Shown here one piece after another: positions 46,155 to 56,384 of a stretch of 64,000 nucleotides of DNA. The translations under genes and the position numbers were made by a program. The number at the start of each line of letters is the position of its first letter. Within the stretch, counting starts at the first letter, position 1. The notes under the pieces are model-generated. The model worked only from the letters and a program-made list of their open reading frames with translations. It searched no databases and was not told the origin of the DNA. Source of the DNA: Candidatus Poriferihabitaceae bacterium (GTDB lineage: Bacteria > Pseudomonadota > Gammaproteobacteria > Arenicellales > Poriferihabitantaceae); NCBI GenBank assembly GCA_965214055.1, contig OZ243931.1, positions 1,583,380 through 1,647,379 on the forward strand, in the 5' to 3' direction.

Positions 46155-46808
46155 TCAAAATGTAAATTTGCACTCATCGATTACATTGCGTAACCGCGGC
46201 ACATGGGTTTCGAATAATGATTTCCGGGTGCTGTCCGGTCGTACAATGACCACCTGCATCACCGGGTCGTGTCCTTCTATGCCGACGACTCGGCCATCGT
46301 CCGATACCAGACGGGTAAACCTTTCATCCACCTGTGGCAGGGAACCGGAGATCAATATTCGATCGAAAAACCGGCCCTGGTTTTTGGCTTCCCCACAATA
46401 GTGAAAACAGTCGCCACACACCAGGTTGACATTGTCAATGCCGGCCCGGGCAAGATTCACACGGGCCAGGTCATGAAGCGATTCATCAATCTCAATGCTG
46501 ATGACATGGTGGCTGAGGGAGGCCAGTATGGCCGTCAGGTAGCCGGTTCCGGTACCGATTTCGAGCACCCGGTGGCGGGATGAGAGGCCGAGTGCCTCCA
46601 CCATTCTGGCCCCGACTTTGGGTTCCAGCATGAATTCCTTGTCATTCATCGGAACCTGTACATCCGCAAAAGACAGGTCCTGATACGGCTCCGGAACAAA
46701 ATCTTCCCGCCTGATTTCGGTGAGTACCCGGAGGGTTTGGGTTTCCAATACGTTCCAGGGCCGAATTTGTTGTTCGACCATATTGATGCGAGCGGTCTCA
46801 AAGTCCAT
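46155..46808 (-). CDS. protein-L-isoaspartate O-methyltransferase family protein
   Basis: ARINMVEQQIRPWNV...VLEIGTGTGYLTAILA (SAM motif I)...ISIEID. The pcm-like/tolC pairing is common in gammaproteobacteria. Confidence 0.85.
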   Translation of the reverse strand: MDFETARINMVEQQIRPWNVLETQTLRVLTEIRREDFVPEPYQDLSFADVQVPMNDKEFMLEPKVGARMVEALGLSSRHRVLEIGTGTGYLTAILASLSHHVISIEIDESLHDLARVNLARAGIDNVNLVCGDCFHYCGEAKNQGRFFDRILISGSLPQVDERFTRLVSDDGRVVGIEGHDPVMQVVIVRPDSTRKSLFETHVPRLRNVIDECKFTF

Positions 46809-47030
46809 GCGGTGGGCATATTAGTTGTTCAGTGGACGACGAATCTTACCAAATTAAACGATGAATGCATCGGTAATCCGCAAAATAAATGTAAACTGAA
46901 GATGCCGGCCCGTCGGATGACAGTGGGAAGATTGGTTCAATAACCGGAGGATTCGGGCGGGTATCGGGTATAATCCGATTCCGGGCGGTGAACCCGGCCC
47001 CATTATACCGAGTATTCTCCAGCGTTGAAT

Positions 47031-48572
47031 ATGTCCAGCGACTACCCCGTCAATTACCTGAAATCCATACTCAATTCCAGGGTGTACGAAGTCACCCGGG
47101 AAACGCCCCTGGAGCGGATGGAATTGCTGTCGGACCGGTTTGGCCGGAGCATCTGGTTAAAGCGGGAAGATGTCCACCCCATCTTTTGCTACAAGATTCG
47201 GGGCGCATACAACAAAATGGTCAGCCTGGGCCGGGAGGTGCTCGACCGCGGGGTCGTGGCCGCCTCGGCCGGCAATCATGCCCAGGGGGTTGCCATGAGT
47301 GCGAAGCGGCTGGGATGCAAGGCCCTCATTGTGATGCCGGTGACCTCCCCGTCCATCAAGGTTGACGCGGTGAGGCGCTGGGGGGTGAAAGTAGAACTGG
47401 TGGGGGACAGCTATAATGAGGCGTTTGAGTATGCCCGGGACGTTTGCAAAAAACAGGGACTGGAATGGATCAGTCCGTTCGATGATCCGTTGATCATTGC
47501 CGGACAGGGGACGGTGGGTCTGGAACTGCTGAAACAGCACTCCGGCCCATTGGAAGCCATTTTTGTGCCGGTCGGAGGCGGGGGGCTGATTGCGGGAATC
47601 GCCGTGTATGTGAAGCAACTTCGGCCCGACATCAAAATAATCGGGGTCGAACCGAATAACTCCGATGCCCTGTACCAGTCGCTGAAGGCCGGGAAAAGGA
47701 TCCGGTTGGACCGGGTCGGCATTTTCGCCGATGGGGTGGCGGCCAACCGGGTCGGAAAGGAAAATTTCAGAATCTGCAGGGACTTTGTCGATGAGGTGAT
47801 CCGGGTCAGTACCGACGAGATTTGTGCGGCGGTGAAGGACCTGTATGAAGACACGCGTACTATTTTCGAGCCCTCCGGGGCACTGTCGGCAGCGGGGATC
47901 AAGCGGTGGATCAGGCAGAACCCGTCAGCCCGAAGTACGGGGCCGGAGAACCGGAACCTTGTCGCCATCGCTTCGGGTGCCAACATGAATTTTGACCGGC
48001 TCAGACATGTGTCGGAACGGGCCGAGATCGGTGAGCGCAGGGAAGCCATTCTCGCTGTGACCATTCCCGAAACCAGGGGAAGTTTCCGGCGGTTTTACCA
48101 TACCCTGGGCAACCGGAGTGTTTCGGAATTCAACTATCGGTTTTCCAATGACCGGGAAGCGCATATTTTCCTCGGTGTTCAGATCACGCATGGAAGCGAG
48201 ATCGAAGACCTGATCTCCAAACTGGCGGCCAAGGGGATTCCCTGCGTGGATTTGACAGACAACGAAGTTGCCAAAATCCACGCCCGGTATATGGTTGGCG
48301 GCCGGGTTCCCGAAATGACCAACGAACGACTGTTCAGTTTCGAGTTTCCGGAACGACCCGGTGCCCTGGGGGATTTCCTGGACCAGTTGGGCAAGACCTG
48401 GAACATTACGTTGTTTCATTACCGCAATCACGGGTCGGATTTTGGAAGGGTGTTGTGCGGCATACAGATTCCACAGAAGGAATCCGGTGGATTTAACGAT
48501 TTTTTGATCAATTTAGGGTATGGTTATCGGGAAGAAACCGAGAACCCTGTTTACAAACTGTTTATGCGTTGA
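47031..48572 (+). CDS. ilvA: threonine ammonia-lyase, biosynthetic (two ACT-like regulatory domains)
   Basis: YLKSILNSRVYEV...KREDVHPIFCYKIRGAYN (PLP lysine)...ASAGNHAQG...PVGGGGLIAG, then a C-terminal regulatory duplication. ATG 47031 is preferred over TTG 47025. Confidence 0.95.
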   Translation: MSSDYPVNYLKSILNSRVYEVTRETPLERMELLSDRFGRSIWLKREDVHPIFCYKIRGAYNKMVSLGREVLDRGVVAASAGNHAQGVAMSAKRLGCKALIVMPVTSPSIKVDAVRRWGVKVELVGDSYNEAFEYARDVCKKQGLEWISPFDDPLIIAGQGTVGLELLKQHSGPLEAIFVPVGGGGLIAGIAVYVKQLRPDIKIIGVEPNNSDALYQSLKAGKRIRLDRVGIFADGVAANRVGKENFRICRDFVDEVIRVSTDEICAAVKDLYEDTRTIFEPSGALSAAGIKRWIRQNPSARSTGPENRNLVAIASGANMNFDRLRHVSERAEIGERREAILAVTIPETRGSFRRFYHTLGNRSVSEFNYRFSNDREAHIFLGVQITHGSEIEDLISKLAAKGIPCVDLTDNEVAKIHARYMVGGRVPEMTNERLFSFEFPERPGALGDFLDQLGKTWNITLFHYRNHGSDFGRVLCGIQIPQKESGGFNDFLINLGYGYREETENPVYKLFMR

Positions 48573-48586
48573 GGCTGGAATCAAGA

Positions 48587-48814
48587 GTGGAGGACATCGA
48601 TTTATCCGAAGAGGTGGAACTGGGGGGAATTTACAACATTCCCGGGGAAGGGTTCATGGTGGAGCTTCTGTTGCCCCGAACCACCTATCTTTTTGACAAA
48701 CAGGGGTTGCAGTATCGAATTGTCAAAAAAAAACAACAGGGCTATGATGCTTCGGTGGAAGAGACCGCCCTGGCGCAGATCAATAATTTCGGACCTGTAT
48801 TTGAACAATGGTAG
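48587..48814 (+). CDS. small hypothetical protein (about 75 aa), translationally coupled on both sides
   Basis: The ORF begins at or near the ilvA stop (TTG 48569 or GTG 48587). Its TAG overlaps the ATG of the next gene (ATGGTAG). I recognise no similarity. Confidence 0.4.
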   Translation: MEDIDLSEEVELGGIYNIPGEGFMVELLLPRTTYLFDKQGLQYRIVKKKQQGYDASVEETALAQINNFGPVFEQW

Positions 48815-49617
48815 CCCGCCCTTGCGCGGTGACCGAGTGCCCCCTGGAATGGGTGGAGACCACCCCGGGTGTTCCGCTTCCTGCAAACCAGGTCCATCTG
48901 TGGTTCGTGGACCTGCAATCCATCTCCCGGTCCCGGTTTGAACAGCCCCCCGGGGCGGGGCAGGGGAGGTCCCGGGATACCGGGAGCCGGGAAAAGCGGG
49001 ATCTGTATTTCCGGGGCAAGATGGCCCTTGGAACCCTGCTGGCCCATTACAGTGGATTGGAGCATTCCGAACTGGAGTTCGAATACGGCACCCGGGGCAA
49101 GCCTGGCTTGAGGAATCCCGGGCTCCCCGGTGCGCTCCAGTTCAACTATACCCTGTCACGGGGATACGCGCTGTATGCCTTTGCGTGGGAGATGGAATTG
49201 GGGGTGGACATTGAAATCTACCCGCGAAAGGTCAATGCGGACTTGCTTGCCCGCAGAAAGCTGAGCCCGGTGGAGAAAGCCAGTTGGGAGGCGGTCCCTG
49301 CCGGGCAGAAAAACAACGCCATGCTGATGTGCTGGACGCGCAAGGAAGCGTATGGAAAAGTGCTCGGAGTGGGGATCCGATATGAAATGCGAAAAGTATC
49401 GCTGTTTCGGGGTCTGAATGGATATCGCTGGGAAACCCGGGTTGGCGGGTTGTTCGGCGAAGAAAAGTGTGAAGGAATCGACTCCCTGCACGGAGTGCAG
49501 ATTGCGTTGCCGGTCCCCGGTGCCGGATCACTCATGTATGCCGGCAGTCCCTTCACGCCGGCGTCGTCTTTGCCATTGATTCCAATGGTTCTCGACCATC
49601 GGTTTATAGAGGAGTAA
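48808..49617 (+). CDS. 4'-phosphopantetheinyl transferase (Sfp/EntD-type)
   Basis: ELGVDIEIY (metal-binding motif) and CWTRKEAYGKVLG (W/F..KE..K motif). Confidence 0.8.
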   Translation: MVARPCAVTECPLEWVETTPGVPLPANQVHLWFVDLQSISRSRFEQPPGAGQGRSRDTGSREKRDLYFRGKMALGTLLAHYSGLEHSELEFEYGTRGKPGLRNPGLPGALQFNYTLSRGYALYAFAWEMELGVDIEIYPRKVNADLLARRKLSPVEKASWEAVPAGQKNNAMLMCWTRKEAYGKVLGVGIRYEMRKVSLFRGLNGYRWETRVGGLFGEEKCEGIDSLHGVQIALPVPGAGSLMYAGSPFTPASSLPLIPMVLDHRFIEE

Positions 49618-49623
49618 CGATTC

Positions 49624-50733
49624 GTGAAGTTTGTCGACCTGGATGCCCAGTTTAAAGTGGTGGAGCCGGAGATACGTGCTGCACTGGACCGTGTTTTGCA
49701 GCATACCCAGTTTATCATGGGCCCGGAAATCCAGGCCCTTGAACGGCAGTTGAGCGAATATTGCGGGGCCCGGCACGCCCTCACCGCCGGGAGCGGAAGC
49801 GATGCACTGCTGATGGCCTTGATGGCGTACGACGTCGGGCCGGGAGATGGCATTATTGCCCCTCCATTTACCTTTGTCGCAACGGCGGAAATGGTCCAGT
49901 TACTGGGTGCAACCACGGTTTTTGTGGATGTTGAAGAAGACAGCTTCAACCTGGATGTCCATCTTCTCGAGGAGGCCATCCGGAAAACACGGGACCGGGT
50001 CAATCTGAAAGGGATTATCCCGGTGGATCTGTTTGGCCTGCCTGCCCGTCATGACGAGATACAGGCCATCGCTGAGCGAAACGGGCTGTTTGTATTAAGC
50101 GATGCAGCGCAAAGCTTTGGCGCCGAATACAGGGGTCAGAAGGTCGGTGTCTTCGGGGATATTGCGATCACCAGTTTTTTTCCGGCCAAGCCGCTGGGAT
50201 GCTATGGAGACGGTGGCGCCGTATTCACCGATTCCGATGAGCTGGCAGAAAAAATCGAATCCATACGGATTCACGGCAAGGGGAAGTCCCAATATGAGAA
50301 CATCCGTATCGGGGTAACGGGCCGGATGGATACCATCCAGGCGGCTGTTCTTGGCTGCAAGCTGAAAATCTTCGAGGACGAATTGAACCGACGCCGGGAG
50401 ATCGCAGGCTGTTACAGCGAGCAGCTCGGAGATTACGTGACGGTCCCTTCGGTGCCGGATGACTGCCAGAGCACCTGGGCAGCCTATACGATACGGACCC
50501 CCAAACGGGACCGGGTCCGGGCCCACCTGCAGCGGGAGGGGATTCCGTTTGCCGTCTACTATCCTTCCCCCCTGCACCGGCAACCGGCGTTCCAGAATGC
50601 GTTCTGGGGAGGGAAGGATATGGCGGTATCGGACCGGTTGTCCGAAGAGGTGATCAGCCTGCCCATCCACCCCTATCTTTCCCGCCGCGACCAGGACCGG
50701 ATTATCGAAGGGGTCATAAAGGGGCTGCGATAG
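49624..50733 (+). CDS. DegT/DnrJ/EryC1/StrS family PLP-dependent sugar aminotransferase
   Basis: FIMGPEIQALERQLSEYCG...GSGSDALLMAL...PFTFVATA...SFFPAKPLGCYGDGG (PLP lysine context). GTG start. Confidence 0.9.
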   Translation: MKFVDLDAQFKVVEPEIRAALDRVLQHTQFIMGPEIQALERQLSEYCGARHALTAGSGSDALLMALMAYDVGPGDGIIAPPFTFVATAEMVQLLGATTVFVDVEEDSFNLDVHLLEEAIRKTRDRVNLKGIIPVDLFGLPARHDEIQAIAERNGLFVLSDAAQSFGAEYRGQKVGVFGDIAITSFFPAKPLGCYGDGGAVFTDSDELAEKIESIRIHGKGKSQYENIRIGVTGRMDTIQAAVLGCKLKIFEDELNRRREIAGCYSEQLGDYVTVPSVPDDCQSTWAAYTIRTPKRDRVRAHLQREGIPFAVYYPSPLHRQPAFQNAFWGGKDMAVSDRLSEEVISLPIHPYLSRRDQDRIIEGVIKGLR

Positions 50734-50801
50734 CCGGGCAGCTCCCGGGGACGGCAGGGGAGACAGGGGGATGGCCGGTTCACCGGACCGGAGAATTTCC
50801 C

Positions 50802-53141
50802 TTATTTTCGGGAGGCCTTCGGGGTCCGTTTCTTTTTTCTTCGGGATGGTTTGGCGTTTTCCAGCAGCTTCTTGCAGTGGTCAAGGGTCAGCAGTGCGGG
50901 ATCTTCAACATCTTTCGGTATGCGGGCATTCTTCTTGCCATCGGTCACATAGGGGCCGTACGGACCATTCAGCACCTGGATGCCGGGGTCTTCAAAGTTC
51001 AGGATGATCCGGTTGGCGTCCTGTTCTTTTTTCTCCGCAACCAGGTCCAGGGCGGCTTCCCGGGTGATGGTATGGGGATCCTGCCCCTCCTTGAGGGAAA
51101 CAAACCGGTTGCCAAAGCGGACATAGGGACCATATCTTCCGATGGCGGTGGACAGTTTCTCTCCTTCCGGGGACTCTCCCAGGGACCTCGGCAGCTTGAA
51201 CAGTTCCAGGGCTTCTTCAAAGGTGATGGTGTCCAGTTTCTGGTCAGACCGAAGGCTGGAGAAAGTCGGTTTTTCCTCGTCGTCACGGGAACCGATTTGT
51301 GCAAAGGGTCCGTACCGTCCCATTCTTACCGACAAGGGCTTGCCGGACTTGGGGTCGGTGCCGAGTTGTCTGGATTGAATCACATCCTCCCGGCTCACTC
51401 CTTCCGACTTGTCTTCAACCTGCCTGGAAAATGACTCCCAGAATTCCGACATCAGGGGGATCCATTCTTTCTCGCCCCGGGATATTTCATCCAGGGCATC
51501 CTCCAGTTTTGCCGTGAATTCGTAGTCGACGTACTGGGTGAAATGGGTGGACAGGAAACGGTTGACGATCTTGCCGATATCGGTGGGCTCAAACCGCTTG
51601 TTTTCCAGGGTTGCATACGACCGGTTTTGAAGTGTGCTGATAATCGACGCATACGTCGAGGGCCGGCCGATGCCATAGGCTTCCAGTGTTTTGACCAGCG
51701 TGGCTTCGTTGTATCGTGGCGGCGGCTCGGTAAAATGCTGTTCGGGACGGATTTTCCTGATCTCAACGGACAGGCCTTTCTCCAGGGGCGGCAGTATCTT
51801 TTCCCTGGCATTTTTGGCTGGCTTGTCATCCGTTCCTTCCCGGTAGACAGACATGAATCCGGGAACGCGTATCGTTGAACCGGATGCCCGGAATACCGCG
51901 GTTACATCCTGTGGTTCTCCGGTATCGAGATCAACGGATACCGTATCAATCGTGGCATGAATCATCTGGGAGGCCATCGTTCTTTTCCAGATCAACTCAT
52001 AGAGTCGGTATTGATCCGGGGAAAGCGACCGTCTCAAACCATCCGGCAGGCGTTTAACAGACGTTGGCCGAATGGCCTCGTGTGCTTCCTGGGCATTTTT
52101 GGATTTGTTCTTGAACGTCCGGGGTGCACGGGGCACCGTGTTGGCACCGTACCGGGATGCAATCAATTCCCTGATTTCGGCTACCGCGCTCCCGGCAAGT
52201 GCCACGGAATCCGTGCGCATGTAGGTGATCAAGCCGGTGGTCTCGCCACCGATTTCAATGCCTTCATACAGTTGCTGGGCGGTTTGCATGGTTCTTCGGG
52301 CGGTAAATCCGAGTTTCCTGGAGGCTTCCTGTTGCAGGGTTGACGTGGTAAACGGGGGAGCAGGATTGCGCTTTCGCTCCTTTCTGGTTATTTTTGAAAC
52401 CGTCAGCATCCCGGCTGCAGCGGTTCGAATGGCAGAATGGTACTGGTCAGCAGTGCTCCCGTCCGCAATGGAAAACCGGGTCAGTTTTTCCCCCTGAAAT
52501 TGCGTCAGTTTCCCGACGAACGGATTTCCTTTCGTGTCCAGGTCCGCTTCAATCGTCCAGTATTCCCGGGTAACAAATTGGGCTATTTCCTCTTCACGCT
52601 CACAAATCAGTCGCAGTGCAGGGCTCTGTACTCTCCCGGCAGAAAGTCCCCGCTGTACCTTTTTCCATAACAGCGGAGACAGGTTGAAACCAACCAGATA
52701 ATCCAGTGCTCTTCGGGCCTGCTGTGCATCGATCAGGTTGGTGGACAGTTCCCGGGGATTCCTGACGGCATTTTGGATCGCGGTCCGGGTGATTTCGTGG
52801 AACTCAACCCGGTAAACGGGTTTCTTCCCGATGGCGTTTTTCTCTTTCAATATTTCATACAGGTGCCAGGAGATGGCCTCCCCTTCCCGGTCCGGGTCAG
52901 TCGCGAGGTACAGGGAATCGGCGTTTTTCATTGCCCGGACGATCAAATCGACGTGCTGCTTGTTGCGGGCAACAATCTCATACCGCATCTCGAAATTGTT
53001 TTCCGGGACGACGGCCCCTTTTTTTGGCAGGAGGTCCCGAACGTGCCCGTAGGACGCAAGGGCCTTGAAATCGCCTCCCAGATATTTTGACAGTGAGCGC
53101 GCTTTGGCAGGCGACTCCACAATAATCAAAGGCTTTCCCAT
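50802..53141 (-). CDS. topA: DNA topoisomerase I
   Basis: MGKPLIIVESPAKARSLSKYLG (TOPRIM), ...TYMRTDS (active-site Tyr), and a C-terminal Lys-rich tail. Confidence 0.95.
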   Translation of the reverse strand: MGKPLIIVESPAKARSLSKYLGGDFKALASYGHVRDLLPKKGAVVPENNFEMRYEIVARNKQHVDLIVRAMKNADSLYLATDPDREGEAISWHLYEILKEKNAIGKKPVYRVEFHEITRTAIQNAVRNPRELSTNLIDAQQARRALDYLVGFNLSPLLWKKVQRGLSAGRVQSPALRLICEREEEIAQFVTREYWTIEADLDTKGNPFVGKLTQFQGEKLTRFSIADGSTADQYHSAIRTAAAGMLTVSKITRKERKRNPAPPFTTSTLQQEASRKLGFTARRTMQTAQQLYEGIEIGGETTGLITYMRTDSVALAGSAVAEIRELIASRYGANTVPRAPRTFKNKSKNAQEAHEAIRPTSVKRLPDGLRRSLSPDQYRLYELIWKRTMASQMIHATIDTVSVDLDTGEPQDVTAVFRASGSTIRVPGFMSVYREGTDDKPAKNAREKILPPLEKGLSVEIRKIRPEQHFTEPPPRYNEATLVKTLEAYGIGRPSTYASIISTLQNRSYATLENKRFEPTDIGKIVNRFLSTHFTQYVDYEFTAKLEDALDEISRGEKEWIPLMSEFWESFSRQVEDKSEGVSREDVIQSRQLGTDPKSGKPLSVRMGRYGPFAQIGSRDDEEKPTFSSLRSDQKLDTITFEEALELFKLPRSLGESPEGEKLSTAIGRYGPYVRFGNRFVSLKEGQDPHTITREAALDLVAEKKEQDANRIILNFEDPGIQVLNGPYGPYVTDGKKNARIPKDVEDPALLTLDHCKKLLENAKPSRRKKKRTPKASRK

Positions 53142-53212
53142 TGGTCCTGTTCTTTACCTGTGGAGGAGTGTTTTTTGGTCATGGCCGGAACAGCGATGGC
53201 GGCAGATCGGGT

Positions 53213-53698
53213 TCAGTGGATGCAGGCATGCGATCCATCGTAAACCAGGGTTTCCATTAAATCGGACACCCCTTCTTTTTCGGTATAATTGCTCAGTACC
53301 ATCAACACCACCCATTTCACATGTTCGAGTTCGATGGTTTTCCGATCCAGGGCCAGGAGCTGGTCAACCACCATTTCCCGTGCTACAGGGTCCAGAACCC
53401 CGCTTTGTTCGAGCCTCAACAGGAAACCGCGGCTGGCAATGCACAATTGGCGGCATTCGTATTCGTTGTAGTGGCGAATGACATCGTGCTTCGGCATCGG
53501 CAATTTCAGAGGGTTTTTCTCGCATAACCGTGCCAGGCTCTCCAGCCAGTCAAAAGCCTGGGTGATCATCATATGATCGAATCCAACCAGACTCAGTTCC
53601 CATTCCAGTTCTTCCTGGTTCGGTTCCATCCCATCATCATCATCGAACATATGGTTCTCAAAGAGATAAATGAGAACATCAAGCATGTCTTCTTTCAT
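53213..53698 (-). CDS. smg: Smg protein (DUF494)
   Basis: MKEDMLDVLIYLFENHM...QAFDWLESL is the canonical Smg N-terminus. smg-topA synteny. Confidence 0.9.
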   Translation of the reverse strand: MKEDMLDVLIYLFENHMFDDDDGMEPNQEELEWELSLVGFDHMMITQAFDWLESLARLCEKNPLKLPMPKHDVIRHYNEYECRQLCIASRGFLLRLEQSGVLDPVAREMVVDQLLALDRKTIELEHVKWVVLMVLSNYTEKEGVSDLMETLVYDGSHACIH

Positions 53699-53887
53699 AA
53701 CTTACAAACATCACAATCAGTTTATCTGCTCCGGTCAGTGGATGCTCAGGGTCCATGACACCGGATTGCCCTGGTTCCAGATGTGGAGCCTTGGGCAATT
53801 TGTACACCGTAGGCTGCTTCAGCTGTACTGGTACGAACAAAACTTCATCTGTATTTTCACCTAGCATTGCGGGGGGAGTCTATCAGG

Positions 53888-54100
53888 TTACAGCGGGAAT
53901 TTTATATCGATTTCATCCATGGCGGCGATTTCCTGACCCGGATCGCTGACCGGTGGATTGTACCGCTTCCTCGGGGCATCGTGGATTTTTCCATCCGTTT
54001 TGCCTGGGCAGGCTGGTGATACGGACTCGCGGATGATCCCAACCCGTCCGCCTTGAGGTTCACATATCCGTTGGAAAATCACGCTATTGTTCAGGCTCAT
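53888..54100 (-). CDS. small hypothetical protein (70 aa)
   Basis: ATG 54100 is preceded by AAAGGAAA. MSLNNSVIFQRICEPQGGRVGIIRES.... I recognise no similarity. It lies where dprA is usually found. Confidence 0.3.
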   Translation of the reverse strand: MSLNNSVIFQRICEPQGGRVGIIRESVSPACPGKTDGKIHDAPRKRYNPPVSDPGQEIAAMDEIDIKFPL

Positions 54101-54299
54101 TTTCCTTTGGACATCTATGGATAGCAAACAGCGCGTCTTTTGTGGTAGGGTACAGCCGCTGAGTCGCCGGGGCACAGCGGTTGCATAAAGAATTCCCCTG
54201 CAAGTACCTTGCCAGCGCAAGGGCGGCGGTACAGCAGCGGGAATATATCCTGCCCAGAACAGTAGAGGCATCGTGCTTCATTGACCGAACCGGAAAATT

Positions 54300-54890
54300 A
54301 TGACCCACAGAACTGCCCGGGTTTCCCGAAACACCCGGGAAACCCAAATTGAAGTGAATATCGACCTGGATGGGTCGGGAAAGTCCGAATTCGATACCGG
54401 GGTACCGTTTTTGGAGCATATGATGGAGCAGATTGCCCGTCATGGATGTGTGGATATCATGGTGCGTGCCAGGGGTGACCTGCACATCGATGATCATCAC
54501 ACCGTTGAAGACATCGGGATCACACTGGGCCAGGCTGTGTTGAAGGCGCTGGGGGACAAGAAAGGCATCCGGCGGTACGGCCACGCGTACATCCCGCTGG
54601 ATGAAGCGCTCGGCAGGGTGGTCATCGATTTTTCGGGACGTCCATTGCTGGTACAGCATGTGGACTACCCGGATCGCAACATCGGCCGGTTTTCCACGTC
54701 CCTGATCCATGAATTTTTCCAGGGTTTTGCCAATCACGCACTGGCTACCGTGCACATCGACCGGTTGCGCGGAGAAAATTCACACCACATTGCAGAAACC
54801 CTGTTCAAGGCATTTGGCCGGGCATTGCGGATGGCCGTGGAGCACGACCCCCGGGTACGCGGCGTGCCATCCACCAAGGGCATGCTTTGA
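54300..54890 (+). CDS. hisB: imidazoleglycerol-phosphate dehydratase
   Basis: [16 protein letters not shown]...[12 protein letters not shown]...[11 protein letters not shown]...[17 protein letters not shown]. Confidence 0.95.
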   Translation: MTHRTARVSRNTRETQIEVNIDLDGSGKSEFDTGVPFLEHMMEQIARHGCVDIMVRARGDLHIDDHHTVEDIGITLGQAVLKALGDKKGIRRYGHAYIPLDEALGRVVIDFSGRPLLVQHVDYPDRNIGRFSTSLIHEFFQGFANHALATVHIDRLRGENSHHIAETLFKAFGRALRMAVEHDPRVRGVPSTKGML

Positions 54891-54943
54891 TTCCCGGCAG
54901 CGGTTTCATGGCTGTGGGGAAAGCGTAGGGAAAGTCATCGGAA

Positions 54944-55603
54944 ATGGCCAGGACAGTCATCGTGGACCTGGGTACCGGAAACCTGCATTCCGTGTACAAG
55001 GCGGTCGCACACATCAGCGATGAGATCAATGTATGCATCACCTCTCATCCGTCAGAAATCCAGTCAGCGGATTATCTCATCCTGCCCGGGCAGGGGGCCA
55101 TCGGGACATGGGTCCGCCAGCTCGAGGAGAACCCGGGTCTGGGGGATGCGATTGCACAGCGGCTCGATGCAGGACCCGTTCTCGGGGTCTGCCTGGGTTT
55201 GCAGGCACTGTACCGTTCAAGCGAGGAAAATGGCGGGGTCGCCGGGCTGGGAATCCTGGAAGGGCATGTAAAACATTTTTCCGGTCATCCGACACACCGG
55301 GAGGCAGTGGACGGGAAGGATGCCCTGAAAATTCCCCACATGGGCTGGAACCGGGTCCGCCAGAAAGCAGAACACCCGCTTTGGCATGGAATCCAGGATG
55401 AGGAGCGATTTTATTTTGTCCACAGCTATTATGTGGACAGTGGCAATGTGGATCAGGTGTACGGGGAATGCCGGTATGGGAATCGTTTCACGGCGGCAGC
55501 GGGGCATGAAAATTTGTTTGCAACCCAGTTTCACCCGGAAAAAAGCCACCATGCCGGATTGAGACTGCTCCGTAATTTCCTCAACTGGAACGGGAAACCC
55601 TGA
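54944..55603 (+). CDS. hisH: imidazole glycerol phosphate synthase, glutamine amidotransferase subunit
   Basis: VIVDLGTGNLHSV...LILPGQGA...GVCLGLQAL (catalytic Cys)...FATQFHPEKS. Confidence 0.95.
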   Translation: MARTVIVDLGTGNLHSVYKAVAHISDEINVCITSHPSEIQSADYLILPGQGAIGTWVRQLEENPGLGDAIAQRLDAGPVLGVCLGLQALYRSSEENGGVAGLGILEGHVKHFSGHPTHREAVDGKDALKIPHMGWNRVRQKAEHPLWHGIQDEERFYFVHSYYVDSGNVDQVYGECRYGNRFTAAAGHENLFATQFHPEKSHHAGLRLLRNFLNWNGKP

Positions 55604-56359
55604 ATGCTGTTGATCCCGGCCATTGATCTTAAAGAGGGGAAATGCGTCCGCCTGCGGCAGGGCGACATGGACCAGACCACCGTGTTTTCCGATGACCCGC
55701 TGGCGGTAGCCGGGCGCTGGGTCAACGAAGGTGCGCGCCGGCTCCATATGGTTGATCTTGATGGGGCCGTGAAAGGCGAGCCCGTCAATGCGGAGATCAT
55801 CCACCGGATTGCCCAGCGCTACCCCGATGTGCCGATCCAGGTCGGTGGTGGAATACGCAATGAACATACCGTGAAGATTTATATACAGGCCGGGGTCCGT
55901 TACGTGATCATCGGCACCCAAGCCGTGAAAGAACCGTCTTTCATCCCCGCCCTGTGTGCGGAATATCCGGGTCGCATCATCGTCGGACTGGATGCCCGGG
56001 ATGGAAAAATAGCGACGGAGGGTTGGTCAAAGCTGTCCGGGCACCATGTCATCGACATGGCCCGGCATTTCGATGCCGAAGGAGTGGAAGCCATCGTGTA
56101 CACCGACATTGCCCGGGATGGAATGATGCAGGGAGTGAATATCGAAGCGACGGTGGCCCTGGCTGAATCCGTGAATGTTCCGGTTATCGCGTCCGGGGGG
56201 ATTCACAATCTCGAAAATGTCATCCGGCTCGCTGAAGTATCCGGTTCAGGAATTTCCGGGGCCATTACCGGCCGTGCAGTCTATGAAGGGACCCTGGATT
56301 TTGCCGCAGGCCAGAAGGCGGCTGACGAAGTGTCGGGTGTCGGGAGAATTCGCCGGTAG
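55604..56359 (+). CDS. hisA: 1-(5-phosphoribosyl)-5-[(5-phosphoribosylamino)methylideneamino]imidazole-4-carboxamide isomerase
   Basis: [22 protein letters not shown]...LHMVDLDGA...VQVGGGIR...[13 protein letters not shown]. Confidence 0.95.
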   Translation: MLLIPAIDLKEGKCVRLRQGDMDQTTVFSDDPLAVAGRWVNEGARRLHMVDLDGAVKGEPVNAEIIHRIAQRYPDVPIQVGGGIRNEHTVKIYIQAGVRYVIIGTQAVKEPSFIPALCAEYPGRIIVGLDARDGKIATEGWSKLSGHHVIDMARHFDAEGVEAIVYTDIARDGMMQGVNIEATVALAESVNVPVIASGGIHNLENVIRLAEVSGSGISGAITGRAVYEGTLDFAAGQKAADEVSGVGRIRR

Positions 56360-56384
56360 GGATATGACGGGAGAGAGCAGATAG

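Noticed and set aside
53679-53867. 62-aa minus-strand ORF overlapping the smg start
   Set aside because: It has no SD and no recognisable motif, and it overlaps smg by 20 nt. It is mentioned in the dprA-gap finding but not called as a gene.
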